A DNA stretch of 64,000 nucleotides from Verrucomicrobiota bacterium (GCA_049510745.1 JBEKYR010000018.1:1-64000), one strand, 5' to 3'; shown: positions 30,107 through 40,834, counted from the stretch's first letter. The notes: generated by a model not told the origin, from the sequence alone. Translations and numbers: made by a program.

Positions 30107-32641
30107 ATGCCAATCCACCCGGACGCAGTTGGCTATTTGAACGACTTGGCCAAGGAGGTCAACGAACCTTGGTTTAAGATGGTCTGTGACCTTGCGGCTG
30201 TGAGCGGCGTGTCAATCTTGGACCGGCTGATGCTCGAAACACTCTTTGCCCTATATATCAGAAGGGCGAGCTACATTGGCATCAAGCCTGCCGCCGCCGT
30301 GCCTGCTGCGGCTGCCGCCGCCGCTCCAGCGGACTTTCTCGAGCAGCTTTCGGGCTTCACGAATTTCAAGCTCCTTGGGGACACACTCGAAATTAGTTTC
30401 AAGAAACGAATCACCCTAATTTTTGGAGCGAACAGCAGCGGCAAATCCAGCCTTTGCGAATCGCTGAAGGTTCTCGCGACTCCTGAGCCACCGAACCGGC
30501 CACTCCAGAATGTCCGAGCGGCAGGCGCAGCGACGCCGACGTTCTGTTACAAGTTCAAAAGCGATGCAGCGCAGCAGGCGTGGACGCCTGCCGTTGGCTA
30601 CGGTCCGAGGCGAACGACGGTCAAATACTTCGACACCGCGATTGCGACTAGGAACGTGAAGAACGCGGTTGAACCAGGGCGAGTCATTGTCCTGACCCCA
30701 TTCAGACTTCACGTCTTCGAGTGGGCAAAGTCACTGACAACGAAATTCCGCGAGGCGCTCCAACGGGCGCAACGGGACAACTCGGTAAAGCTGACCCAAG
30801 CGTTGGATGCAATTCGCACGGACTTCGCTAAGTTCAACGGCCGCCCTTTGTCAGTCATCGACGACATAACGGTCGCTGTGCTTCCGGCCCAAATCAAACT
30901 CGGCGAGGGGTTCACAGACCAAAAGCTGCTGAGTCAAAAGCAGGCTGCTGCAGCCGAGATGGAGAAGGCAGCGTCTGAAGAAGGCCTGAAGCTGCTCAGA
31001 GCAGAGCATCGTGAGTTGGAAACCTTTCTGACTTCCCTCAGCACGCTACTTACTTCAGCGGCCGGGCTGTGGGCGCTTGAACCCGCGAGCAAAGAGAAAC
31101 TTCTCGCCAAGAAACAAACAGAGCAGGAACTGCTGGCAAAGGCGCTCATCCCGATAGACGGGACGCTCGACGGCTTGCTAGATCTGCTGCGCGCCGCGTC
31201 GCCACTGTGCAAAATGGACGAGGCAGCGGGTCGTGCGTGCCCGCTCTGCAAACGCGACTTGGGCGTTCCAGAGGTTGAGTTGTTCAAGCAGTATCACGAC
31301 CTGCTCGCCGGCGAGCTGGAGAAGGACATTGCGGCCCTCAAGGGCGACATCGCCAAGGCTCTTGAGATCGCAACCGCTGTCGTCAACGTGGACCGGGAGG
31401 CGTGGGAAAAATTCCCAACCATCCAAGGGGAAGTCCTGACAGCCGCAAAGGCTGGCTCAGACCTCATTGTTGCCAGTTGCGACGTATCCAAAGAGCCGAC
31501 GACTGAGGCAAAAGCCGCGCTTGAATCGCTCAAAATTTCGGCGGCGGCATGGGCAGGACAACTGGAGTCGAAGAAGAATGCCATCGAGGCAGCCGCCAAA
31601 GGGAGACAGGAGTTGGTCAAGCAGTTGGCGAAGCTGCGCGGTGAAATCGAGCCGCGGGAGTATGCGCAAGCCATCGCCGAGAACTTGGAAAAGCTGAGAG
31701 AGGCGCACCGGATGGCGGATGAGTCAAAATTTTGGAGCGCCAAGCTTCCCGCGTTTACACAGGTGCTGAAAAGGATAACGGAGAAAGCAAAGGACGCTCA
31801 CGAGGAGTTGGTTGTAATGGACTTTGAGGCACGGTTGGACACGGAATACAAAGCTCTTGCAGAAAAAAATATGGCGGCATTTGGTGTGATGCTCGCCCGG
31901 AAGGGGACTGATGCCGCTGTGACGGTATTGCCGCAGATAGGCGGCAAGGACATCGAAGGCGTGTTGAGCGAAGGGGAGCAGCGCGTTCACGCCCTCGCGC
32001 TGTTCTTCGCCGAACTGGAAACGTGCCCGCAATCGGTCTTGGTGTTCGACGACCCCGTCTCCAGCTTCGACTATAACTACATCGCGAACTACTGCGCCAG
32101 ATTACGAGACTTCACGCTGAAGCATCCGGTCTGGCAGATTATTGTCCTGACCCACAACTGGGAGTTTTTTGTCCAGCTTCAAACGACACTGAACCAAGCC
32201 GGTCTTGACCCGCATCTGTCAGTCCAAATCCTTGAGAACTGTGCGGTCGTCGCAGATTACAGCGAGAAGATTGACGACTTGAAGAAGAACATCGAAGCCG
32301 TGCTCGCAGCGGCGGGTGAGCCATCGAAAGCAAAGAAGGAGGAGACTGCCGGAAAGATGCGGCGACTGATTGAGGCGGTGGTGAACACGCACGTCTTCAA
32401 TCACCAGCGGCATCAATACAAGCAGAAGAGCCAAGAAATCACGGCGTTTCAAAGCTTCACCAAGATTGTCGCTCTGCTCCCAGCGGAAGCGACCACACTG
32501 CGCGAGCTGTACGCGAAGTTGAGCCCTGTTGAACACGATGATCCCCGAAACTTCTACGTCAATACTGACAAAGCGATGTTCCAGACTCGTTACGACCAGA
32601 TTGTTGCGGTCGAAACTGCAATCAAGGCTCGAATCCCTTAG
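30107..32641 (+). CDS. RloC/AAA_13-like Rad50-type ABC ATPase with zinc hook
   Basis: GANSSGKS Walker A, CPLC hook within coiled coil, LSEGEQ signature, FDDPVSSFD Walker B, LTHN H-loop, and a C-terminal helical domain (MRRLIE...H). Confidence 0.8.
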   Translation: MPIHPDAVGYLNDLAKEVNEPWFKMVCDLAAVSGVSILDRLMLETLFALYIRRASYIGIKPAAAVPAAAAAAAPADFLEQLSGFTNFKLLGDTLEISFKKRITLIFGANSSGKSSLCESLKVLATPEPPNRPLQNVRAAGAATPTFCYKFKSDAAQQAWTPAVGYGPRRTTVKYFDTAIATRNVKNAVEPGRVIVLTPFRLHVFEWAKSLTTKFREALQRAQRDNSVKLTQALDAIRTDFAKFNGRPLSVIDDITVAVLPAQIKLGEGFTDQKLLSQKQAAAAEMEKAASEEGLKLLRAEHRELETFLTSLSTLLTSAAGLWALEPASKEKLLAKKQTEQELLAKALIPIDGTLDGLLDLLRAASPLCKMDEAAGRACPLCKRDLGVPEVELFKQYHDLLAGELEKDIAALKGDIAKALEIATAVVNVDREAWEKFPTIQGEVLTAAKAGSDLIVASCDVSKEPTTEAKAALESLKISAAAWAGQLESKKNAIEAAAKGRQELVKQLAKLRGEIEPREYAQAIAENLEKLREAHRMADESKFWSAKLPAFTQVLKRITEKAKDAHEELVVMDFEARLDTEYKALAEKNMAAFGVMLARKGTDAAVTVLPQIGGKDIEGVLSEGEQRVHALALFFAELETCPQSVLVFDDPVSSFDYNYIANYCARLRDFTLKHPVWQIIVLTHNWEFFVQLQTTLNQAGLDPHLSVQILENCAVVADYSEKIDDLKKNIEAVLAAAGEPSKAKKEETAGKMRRLIEAVVNTHVFNHQRHQYKQKSQEITAFQSFTKIVALLPAEATTLRELYAKLSPVEHDDPRNFYVNTDKAMFQTRYDQIVAVETAIKARIP

Positions 32642-32997
32642 TAATTTCCAAAGTTCTTGCCGATGCCCAAATCCATTACCCACCCCACCACCGCTCAATC
32701 CTTTGGCACCCTCCTGAAATCCGCGCGAGACACCGAAACAAATGCTGAAGGCGAAATGCCAAAGGCTGAAACACGATGAGCCAAAAGCCGCAGGATTTGA
32801 AGCCGGGAGCCAAAGCTGGGCGCGGGACAAAACTCTTCGTCTTGTGCCGATCAGGAAATGAAGCGGTCCCGCTGCGTGAAAACGCTCCGAGTGGGAATAC
32901 TCGCGCAGAGGCGCAAAGGGCGCAGAGAGGGAGGAAGAAAACAGTTTTTCTCTGCAATGCAATATGCACGAATCATTCATTTTCGGAAAGATTTCTG

Positions 32998-33070
32998 ACC
33001 ACGGATTTCACGGATTTCACGGATGGGAAACCCACCGCTTCTTATCCGTGAAATCCGTGAAATCCGTGGT
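32998..33070. repeat. Perfect 27-bp inverted repeat built from 9-mers
   Basis: ACCACGGATTTCACGGATTTCACGGAT ... ATCCGTGAAATCCGTGAAATCCGTGGT. Confidence 0.9.
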
Positions 33071-33206
33071 TGCATTCGTTTGGTTGCGGCTTGCCGCGCT
33101 GCGTCTTTGCGTGAGAAAAGCCTGGTTTCCTCTGTTTGGTACCCTCGCTCAACACTCGGTCCCCAGCACTCCCATCGGACATATTATGAGCGGTCTCCCC
33201 CGCCAC

Positions 33207-33494
33207 TTACCCGCCTGGTTTGACCAGCCGGAGGGCGTCCCCGACGCGGATGCGGCCCGGACGGAGGACTTCCGCCAGCACACCCTGGCGGCCGTTGCCC
33301 ATGAGCGCCCGCAAGCCGGGGGCGACGCGGTCCATTTTGTCGCACGGCGTCCGGGCCTCGTAGAAGAGCAGCAGGCCGTGGCGAGGAGCGCCGCCGCCAT
33401 CAATGATGATTTCTTCGTAATGCTTGTCCTGTTGTTGCGGAAACAAAAGCCGGCTGCCAACACGGCCCGGCCCGTTGTCGCTTTTGTCTCCCAT
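33207..33494 (-). pseudogene. MOSC-domain C-terminal fragment
   Basis: RTPCDKMD...GRQGVLAEVLRPGRIRVGD matches a MOSC C-terminus; the N-terminal MOSC region is missing. Confidence 0.6.
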
Positions 33495-33819
33495 TCACCT
33501 CAATAGACCACCCCTCTGTTAAGGCATGATTTGCAAAACACGTGAAAATTGTTAAGCCAGTGTTAATTCTGACTCACTGGTTCCTTTGCTCACTCATTCG
33601 CTTCCAACTTTCACAACGAAAACAACTTGCAAATTGCGTCGCTTAAAAAGGGCTTTCTTTGGCGGAAAAAACGCGCTGGCGCGGACGATATGCTACACCT
33701 TTTTTTGCAGTTTGTCGGTTCTTTGGGATTCTGTCCGTTGCCACTCCTGTCTATCCTCTTGTCCGCCATAGCCCTGCGACGGCGGATGCCTTCTTTCGCG
33801 GCCGGAAAATATTTTTGCA

Positions 33820-34316
33820 TTTTTCCTTCCGTAGGTTTTTCGTCTTGATAGACCTGTGCTTAAATCGGGCCAGCGTGAATGACACATGCAAAAGGCAGAG
33901 TGCTCAGTGCGGCCCGGTCAACACCGGCCCGTGGATCGGAGACCTCTCCCATCGGATCTGCCATTCGTCCCATTCGTCGCCTTGCTCCCATTGGCTCCTC
34001 GATCAAGCCAGTCAAACCTTGGTCGTTCGCCCCCATCGGCAACATTTGCCGTCATTTGCAGGTGAAAAACTTGACGCAAAAACTCAATCCTGCGCCGGTT
34101 CAAACGCAGACGCCATGCACCGCCAGCATCGGAAACGACCCCTAGAGGTGGCAAAAAATGCCGGATTCAACCCGGAAAACGAATCCAAGAACCCGGACAA
34201 ATCCGGAAATATCCGGCCAAATCCGGCTAAATCCGGGTAAAACCGGCCAAAAAATGAAATTTCAAAAAATACCGGATCAGCCAACTGCCAACGGTGACGA
34301 AAAACCTCACAAGTGC
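33820..34316 (+). repeat. ~500-bp dispersed repeat, copy 2
   Basis: Colinear with 17656-18162. Confidence 0.9.
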
Positions 34317-34502
34317 CACTGCTGTCAGAGGGATCAAGCCCTCTTCAATTACCAATTTTCAATGGCGTTCCAGAGATCCCAGTCAAGGCCAGTCAAGCCC
34401 AGCGGACGCCCGCCATCAGGTCTCCTGTGCGGACTTCCTCCTTCTTCCTTCTTCCTTCTTCCTTTCCTTGCGAAGCCCGGTCGGCAATGCCGTCAAGCAT
34501 TG

Positions 34503-35375
34503 TCAAAACAAATCTTCCGGATGATCCCTGAGCCATTCTGTCAGTCCCGGCAGGACGAACGAGAGCAACGGCTGAATTTTGGCGCAGTTCAAGGACACGT
34601 CCGCCGGACGGGCTTCGCCGCTGAATTCCCGCAACGAGCAGCTTTCGATGCGCGCCTCCAATTCGGGATGGCGGGCGGCAACCAATTGGCCGATTTGCGC
34701 GCGCGACAATCGTTCCGCCCCCGCCAGATGATACAGGCCCGGCCGCCGGCGCGCGGCCAACTCCCATACCGCCCGCGCCGTGACGGCGGCGGGTATCGGA
34801 CAGCGAAACTCGTCCAGAAACAGTTTGACGGTTTTTCCCTTCCGCCAACTCTGGCGCATTTGCTCGTTGTAGGCGCTGTTCCCCTTGGGCGTCGCCCCGC
34901 TGTTGAGCGAGGTGCGCACCACCGTGTGGCGGGGGTTCCGCAAGACGATTTCCTCCGCCGCCGCTTTTGTCTCACCATAAACGCTCAGAGGGTTGACGGC
35001 ATCGCTCTCGGAGTAGTTTCCCCTCCGTCCGTCGAAAACAAGGTCCGAGGAGAAAAAGATGAAATCGGCCTCCCGCGCCAGGGCGGCGAGATGGGCCGTC
35101 GCCTCGACGTTGATCTTCCTGGCCAGCGCGGGATCGGCCCGGCAATCGGGACTTCTTGACAGGGCGGCGCAATGAAAAATCAGGCGCGGCGCGTCCGCGC
35201 GAAAGCGCCGCTCGACCGCGGAGAAGTCTGTCAAGTCTAAATCGGAACGGGCCGGCGCCGTGATCTCAAACTGCGGCGCGTGTTCGCCGGCGGCGCGGGC
35301 GAGGTAACTCCCGATCAAGCCCCCCGCCCCGGTTATCCAGGCGCGCCCCTCCGCTTCTGTTGGGCCGCGGCTCAA
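34503..35375 (-). CDS. dTDP-4-dehydrorhamnose reductase-like SDR (RmlD family)
   Basis: ITGAGGLIG, SSDLVFDG and YGETK; start taken as the TTG overlapping the upstream stop. Confidence 0.85.
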   Translation of the reverse strand: MSRGPTEAEGRAWITGAGGLIGSYLARAAGEHAPQFEITAPARSDLDLTDFSAVERRFRADAPRLIFHCAALSRSPDCRADPALARKINVEATAHLAALAREADFIFFSSDLVFDGRRGNYSESDAVNPLSVYGETKAAAEEIVLRNPRHTVVRTSLNSGATPKGNSAYNEQMRQSWRKGKTVKLFLDEFRCPIPAAVTARAVWELAARRRPGLYHLAGAERLSRAQIGQLVAARHPELEARIESCSLREFSGEARPADVSLNCAKIQPLLSFVLPGLTEWLRDHPEDLF

Positions 35376-36280
35376 TCGATCAGGCGCCTGCTCAAGTCGC
35401 CGTAAGCGTCGATCCGCCGGTCGCGCAGGAACGGCCACTGCGTGCGCGTCAGATCGACCTCCCCCAAATCCACCGGCACCACCAGCGTTTCCTCCTGGTC
35501 AACGCTGGCCCTGGCCAGGACCCGGCCCGATGGCCCCGCGACAAAGCTCTGCCCCCAGAATTCGATGCCGTCGCCTCCCGCCGGCTTCTCCAGTCCGATG
35601 CGATTGACCGCCGCCACGAAGCAGCCGTTGGCCACGGCGTGGCTGCGCTGGATCGTTTCCCAGGCGGCGTGCTGCTCGGCGCCGTGTTCGGCCTTTTCAC
35701 TCGGATGCCAGCCGATGGCCGTCGGATAAAACAAAATCTCCGCCCCCTGCAGCGCCGTCAGCCGGGCCGCTTCCGGGTACCACTGGTCCCAGCAAATGCA
35801 GACCCCGATTTTCCCGTAAGGGGTCGGCCAGGCGCGAAAGCCCAGGTCGCCCGGCGTAAAGTAGAACTTTTCGTGAAACAGCGGATCGTCCGGAACGTGC
35901 ATCTTCCGGTAGCGGCCCAGCAACCGGCCGTCGGGGCCGAGGATGGCGGCCGTGTTGTGATAGACGCCGGCGGCCCGCTTCTCAAAGAGCGAGGCGATGA
36001 TGACCGCCCGGTGGCGCCGCGCCAGTTTGCCCAGCGCCTCGGTGCCGGGTCCCGGGATGCTTTCGGCCAGTTTGAAACAGTCGTGGTTTTCGCTTTGGCA
36101 AAAGTATTGCGAACGGAACAGTTCCTGCGTGCAGATGAGGCGCGCCCCCCGCCCCGCCGCCTCCGCGATCAGCCCGGCGGTGCGCGCGAAATTCTCCGCC
36201 GGATCCGCCGCACAGCGCGTTTGAATCAATCCAAGGACGACCCGCGCGCTCTGGCTTCTGCTGGTATGCTTCGTCTTCAA
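35372..36280 (-). CDS. Carbon-nitrogen hydrolase (N-carbamoylputrescine amidase-like)
   Basis: Catalytic E (QELF), K (YRKMH) and C (CWDQWYPE); YPTAIGW. Confidence 0.9.
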   Translation of the reverse strand: MKTKHTSRSQSARVVLGLIQTRCAADPAENFARTAGLIAEAAGRGARLICTQELFRSQYFCQSENHDCFKLAESIPGPGTEALGKLARRHRAVIIASLFEKRAAGVYHNTAAILGPDGRLLGRYRKMHVPDDPLFHEKFYFTPGDLGFRAWPTPYGKIGVCICWDQWYPEAARLTALQGAEILFYPTAIGWHPSEKAEHGAEQHAAWETIQRSHAVANGCFVAAVNRIGLEKPAGGDGIEFWGQSFVAGPSGRVLARASVDQEETLVVPVDLGEVDLTRTQWPFLRDRRIDAYGDLSRRLID

Positions 36281-36317
36281 ATTCTGGCCGGGCCGCCCGC
36301 CAACGCGGGCGGGCTTG

Positions 36318-37325
36318 TCAGGTCGAGCGCAACGCCGGCGCCGTGGGCGGCTCGATCACCGTGGTGTGGCCGCGGTCTTCGGAGTTGGGGAATTTCTGGC
36401 CGAACAACTCTTGGATGAATTTGCCCAGCGTCTCGTTGGTCGGCCCGTAGCCCTTGTGGTAAATGTAATACTCCAGGTCGTAGAGCAATTCATCGGCGTT
36501 GGCGTAGCGCTTCTGCAGATCGCGCGCCAGGGTGCGGTGCAGGATTTCGTTGAGCCGCTCGTCGATGCGCGCATTGAGCTGCGAGAAGTTGGGCAGGGGC
36601 AGCGTCATGATGCGCTCGCGCGATTCCTCCACGCTCGATCCTTTGAAAATATTGTAGCCCAGCAGCAGGTTCCCCAACACCACGCCCGTGGAAAAGATAT
36701 CCGACCGCTTGTCCGTGATTTGAAAATCGGCCTGCTCGGGACTCATGTAATCGGCCTTCCCCGCCACCACTTCCCCTTCATTGTCCTGCAAAAACCCCCG
36801 CGCCTTGGCGATGCCGAAATCGGTCAGTTTCACGTCGCCGGCAAACGCGATCATGATGTTCTTGAAGCTGACATCGCGATGGACGATGCCCAGCGTCTTG
36901 CCGGCGTCGTCGGTCTTGGCATGGGCGTAGGCCAGGCCGCGCGCCACCCGGCTGGTGATAAAGACGGCCAGTTCGGCGGGCAACACCCGCTGCCTCTCGT
37001 GCAACTGCTGGGCGAATTGCTCCAGGTTGACCCCGTGGATCAATTCCATGCAGATGAAATAAAGACCGCGCGCCTCCCCCAGGTGATAGGTCTGCACGAT
37101 ATTGGTGTGGATCAAGTCGGCCACCAGCTTGGCTTCGCCGATGAAATTCTCGATGAACTGCTTCTGGTTGGCGTAGTTCTGGCGGATGACTTTCATGGCC
37201 ACCCGCTTGACGAAGTTGCGCGCCCCCTGCTGCTCCGCCTCGTACACGATGCCCATTCCGCCCTCGAAAATCTTGCGCACGATTTCGTAGCGGAATTCAC
37301 TCTGTATGGTAAACAGGCCTGCCAC
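36318..37325 (-). CDS. Hanks-type Ser/Thr protein kinase (kinase domain only)
   Basis: EGGMGIVY, VAMK, HRDVS, DFG and YMSPEQ. Confidence 0.93.
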   Translation of the reverse strand: MAGLFTIQSEFRYEIVRKIFEGGMGIVYEAEQQGARNFVKRVAMKVIRQNYANQKQFIENFIGEAKLVADLIHTNIVQTYHLGEARGLYFICMELIHGVNLEQFAQQLHERQRVLPAELAVFITSRVARGLAYAHAKTDDAGKTLGIVHRDVSFKNIMIAFAGDVKLTDFGIAKARGFLQDNEGEVVAGKADYMSPEQADFQITDKRSDIFSTGVVLGNLLLGYNIFKGSSVEESRERIMTLPLPNFSQLNARIDERLNEILHRTLARDLQKRYANADELLYDLEYYIYHKGYGPTNETLGKFIQELFGQKFPNSEDRGHTTVIEPPTAPALRST

Positions 37326-37514
37326 GCCGACGATGTTGTTCAATTGCGCGCCCAAGTCAAGCCTCCGCTGAGCAATCTTGAAAAAAACAAGGGAATTTTT
37401 TGCCCAAAAACGCCATTTTATCCTTGCAGGGCGTGCCCAAAGCGTTTTAATAGCACGCGAAGTCGAAAGCGTTATCGACTTCAACGAGTAAACCCGATAT
37501 AGACACACACACAT

Positions 37515-37802
37515 ATGGCTAAAGCACTCTCAAAATCACAATTAGCGTCGGAACTGGCGGCCAAGTCTGGATTGACCAAAAAGGCCGGCGTCGAAATCCT
37601 GGACCATCTGGCGGCGCTGGCTTACAAACACGCCAAGAACACCTTCACCCTGCCCGGCATCGGCAAACTGGTTCTGCAAAACCGCAAGGCCCGTGTCGGC
37701 CGCAACCCGGCCACCGGCGCCACCATTCAAATTCCAGCCAAGAAAGTCGTCAAATTCCGCGTGGCCAAGGCCGCCAAAGACGCCATTCTTGGCGCCCGTT
37801 GA
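37515..37802 (+). CDS. HU family DNA-binding protein
   Basis: RKARVGRNPATGATIQIPAK.VVKF. Confidence 0.95.
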   Translation: MAKALSKSQLASELAAKSGLTKKAGVEILDHLAALAYKHAKNTFTLPGIGKLVLQNRKARVGRNPATGATIQIPAKKVVKFRVAKAAKDAILGAR

Positions 37803-37819
37803 TTCTTCCCCGTCCCTTC

Positions 37820-37851
37820 AGGCACTCTGATCTTCTCGGAGTGCCTTTTTT
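37820..37851 (+). terminator. Rho-independent terminator after HU
   Basis: AGGCACTCTGA-TCTTC-TCGGAGTGCCT stem followed by a T-run. Confidence 0.8.
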
Positions 37852-37887
37852 GTTGTCAATGAGACGCCCGGAGAGCTTGCTGGCGGC

Positions 37888-38856
37888 ATGAAAATCGCGG
37901 TCGTCGGATGCGGAGCATTGGGAAGTTACTACGGCGCCAAGCTGTGCCAGCCGGGCCGTCAGGTTCATTTTCTGCTCCGCTCGGATTTTGAGGCTGTGCG
38001 CCGCGACGGCGTCCGCATCGAGAGCGCGGAAGAATCCCTCCACGTCCGGCCCGAGTGCGCGCGGCAGCCGGGGGAGATTGGCCCGTCCGACTTGGTGTTG
38101 ATCTGCCTGAAAACGACCGCCAACCACGCTTTGCCCCACCTTCTGCCCCCGCTGGCCGGGCCTGACACCGCTTTTCTGACGTTGCAAAACGGTTTGGGCA
38201 ACGAAGCCGCCGTCGCCGCCGCCGTCGGCGCGGAGCGCACCCTGGGCGGACTGTGCTTCGTTTGCTTGAACCGTGTTGCTCCGGGCAAAATCCGGCATTT
38301 GGCCCATGGGGCCGTGGTCATGGGCGAATATGGGCGTCCCCCGCAAGCGCGCACGGAAAGGATTGCCGCCATGTTCGCCGCGGCGGGCGTCCCCTGCACC
38401 GTGGCGGCCAACCTCGAACAAGCCCACTGGGAGAAACTGGTCTGGAATATCCCCTTCAACGGCCTGGGTGTCGCCGGGGCCGCCGGTTTGCAGGCCGTCA
38501 CGCAAGGGCGGCTGGAGGCGGGCACGGCCTTGCGAACCTGTTTGACAACGAAGGACCTGCTCTCCGACCCGCGCTGGGAACAACTGGTGCGCCAATTGAT
38601 GCTGGAAATCATCGCCGCCGCGCGGGCCTTGGGCCTGGAGGTGCCCCAATTCACCGCTGACCGGCAGATCGAGCGCACGCGCCAAATGGGTGCCTACAAG
38701 GCCTCGACCTTGATCGACTTCGAATGCGGACGGGAACTGGAATTGGAAAACCTCTTCCTGGAACCGTTGCGCCAGGCCGTTCGAGCCGGAGTCCCCTGCC
38801 CGCGCCTTGCCGCCTTGTGTGCTCTTCTGCGCCAACTGGCCGCCCGCCAAACGTGA
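37888..38856 (+). CDS. panE: 2-dehydropantoate 2-reductase family
   Basis: VVGCGALG, LQNGL, WEKLVWN and S...D...GRELE. Confidence 0.85.
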   Translation: MKIAVVGCGALGSYYGAKLCQPGRQVHFLLRSDFEAVRRDGVRIESAEESLHVRPECARQPGEIGPSDLVLICLKTTANHALPHLLPPLAGPDTAFLTLQNGLGNEAAVAAAVGAERTLGGLCFVCLNRVAPGKIRHLAHGAVVMGEYGRPPQARTERIAAMFAAAGVPCTVAANLEQAHWEKLVWNIPFNGLGVAGAAGLQAVTQGRLEAGTALRTCLTTKDLLSDPRWEQLVRQLMLEIIAAARALGLEVPQFTADRQIERTRQMGAYKASTLIDFECGRELELENLFLEPLRQAVRAGVPCPRLAALCALLRQLAARQT

Positions 38857-39004
38857 ACCCGGCCGCAACCGGGACCGGGCACGAACCGAACCGGGCAAGT
38901 TTGCGATGGAATACCTTACCGCGAAAACCATAAAACACCTCACAGACACCTTCTCTAATCCGAATTAAAGTCAGGCACGTTGGCAGCGTTCAACCCCGAA
39001 CAAT

Positions 39005-39403
39005 ATGTGGATCAGAAAGTCAGCCAATGAAGTCCAAGCGGACCGTGACGCGACGCGGCGGCGAAATCTCTTGGCAGGGCTGGGCGTGCTACTCTTGTTG
39101 TGCGCCATCGTCTCCTCCCGCCCCGGTTGGAGCCATAACCCCGCGATCCGAATCTCCGCAGCCCTCTTTGCGGGCTTTCTCCTGCTGGCGTGGTATCAGC
39201 GCGCGCGCTGGAACCGGGTGCGATCGACCGTCCAAATCTGCGACCAATGCAACAAGGTCAACAGCTCCGATGGCAAAGGCGAGTGCGCCTGCGGCGGGAA
39301 GTTTAGACCCCTTGCTTCCATGAAGTGGATTGATTCGCCAGCGGATCACGCGGACAGGATTCCGACCGATCATCCCAAGGTCCTGGTGTCCGGCGCCACT
39401 TGA
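39005..39403 (+). CDS. 2-TM hypothetical protein with CxxC...CxC motif
   Basis: Two TMs followed by CDQC...CAC. Confidence 0.55.
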   Translation: MWIRKSANEVQADRDATRRRNLLAGLGVLLLLCAIVSSRPGWSHNPAIRISAALFAGFLLLAWYQRARWNRVRSTVQICDQCNKVNSSDGKGECACGGKFRPLASMKWIDSPADHADRIPTDHPKVLVSGAT

Positions 39404-39566
39404 GGCGGATGGATTTCGCCCCAGCTTTTCCCGTTTTCCTCGCTCGATGCGGTACAGGCCGGGTTTGCGCACCCCGCCGCCTTGACTTTTTTCACAATCC
39501 ACTGCATTTTCCAGGATGATGACAAGTGGGGTCCCCCTTGTAAGTCCTTTGCACGGAGAGTTTTCA

Positions 39567-40757
39567 ATGGAGAGCCAGACAGTTGCGACAGTTGTTCGTG
39601 AAGAAACCCCCACCGGTTATCTGCCGGCCCGCAGCCCTGCCGCCCCCCCGCCGCCAGTGGTGAAACCGAGGAAGAGTCTCCCAAGGCTTTTGGGCGAAAT
39701 CCTGGCTCACGGCGGGCCGGGTTATTTACAGTTTGCCATCACCAATATCTGCAATGCCAAATGCGATTTCTGCGGATTCGCCGTCGATCGGTTCGATCCC
39801 CGCCGGCGCCGCAGCGTCACCCTCCGGCAGGCGCGCGATGTCATCGACATCTGCGTCAAAAACCACATCGGCTACCTCCTTTTTGTCGGCGGCGAGCCGC
39901 TGGTCCACAGGGAGCTCGGCCAAATGACGCGCTACGCGGCCGAACGAGGCATTCATCCCATGATCTGCACCAACGGCTCCCTCTGGACCCGGCAGAACGT
40001 GCGCGCCCTGGTCGCCGACGGCTTGAGCAGCGTCATCATGTCCATCGACGCCCACGACGTGGCGCGGCACGAGAAAAACCGGGGATTGCCCGATGTTTGC
40101 CGGAAGATACAGCGGGCCAACGCGCTTTTTGCGCAGCTTGGCGTGCAAACCACCGCCAGCGTCACGGCCAGCCGCCTGATTGACCACTATGGGAAACTGC
40201 CCGATTTTCTGCGCGCCCTGGGGTTTGCCAGTTGCACTTTCAGCTATCCGCTGACCAGCCTGGCCTCCAGTTATTTGAGTTTCAGCGATTCCTCGCTCGT
40301 CAGTTACAAGACGGATGAATTGATCGAGGTCTTTGAAAAGATCAAACGGATGAAAGAACGCAGCGGCTACCCCGTGGTCAATCCGCGCGAATCCCTCACG
40401 GAGATGCAACGGCACCTGCGCAAAGAACCGGAGCGCTTTGGCTGCCTGGGCGGCCACAAGTATTTTTACCTCGATTGGAACCTCAATCTCTACCGCTGCC
40501 ACGCCTGGGACAAGCCGATGTGCAACATCTACCAGTTCGACAAGACGAAACTGATCCGGGACGGCTGCACCAAGTGCATGATTGACTGCTACCGGGACCC
40601 GAGCGTCCTGCAATTTGTGGCCGTCAGCGCCAGCGACGCCTTTCAGAACCTGAAGAAGGGCAGGCTGACCGCCGCCGCCAAAAACATCCTGGACTCCCGC
40701 AACCTGGTCTCGCTCCGCGCCGTTTGGGAAAACCGCCACTGGATCGGCAAGGTTTGA
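39567..40757 (+). CDS. Radical SAM protein (loosely HpnH-like)
   Basis: CNAKCDFC, GGEPL and C-terminal C...C...CTKCMIDC auxiliary cluster. Confidence 0.85.
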   Translation: MESQTVATVVREETPTGYLPARSPAAPPPPVVKPRKSLPRLLGEILAHGGPGYLQFAITNICNAKCDFCGFAVDRFDPRRRRSVTLRQARDVIDICVKNHIGYLLFVGGEPLVHRELGQMTRYAAERGIHPMICTNGSLWTRQNVRALVADGLSSVIMSIDAHDVARHEKNRGLPDVCRKIQRANALFAQLGVQTTASVTASRLIDHYGKLPDFLRALGFASCTFSYPLTSLASSYLSFSDSSLVSYKTDELIEVFEKIKRMKERSGYPVVNPRESLTEMQRHLRKEPERFGCLGGHKYFYLDWNLNLYRCHAWDKPMCNIYQFDKTKLIRDGCTKCMIDCYRDPSVLQFVAVSASDAFQNLKKGRLTAAAKNILDSRNLVSLRAVWENRHWIGKV

Positions 40758-40834
40758 GACAAGTCCCAACTTGACATTTATGCGGCGTTCCCCCAGAACG
40801 TCGCCCAGCGCCGGAGAACCGGCCTCATGAGAAA

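Noticed and set aside
39567..40757. Second RiPP system around this radical SAM gene
   Set aside because: Neighbouring small ORFs look like membrane proteins rather than precursors; context (ispF) and motifs fit a metabolic enzyme better.
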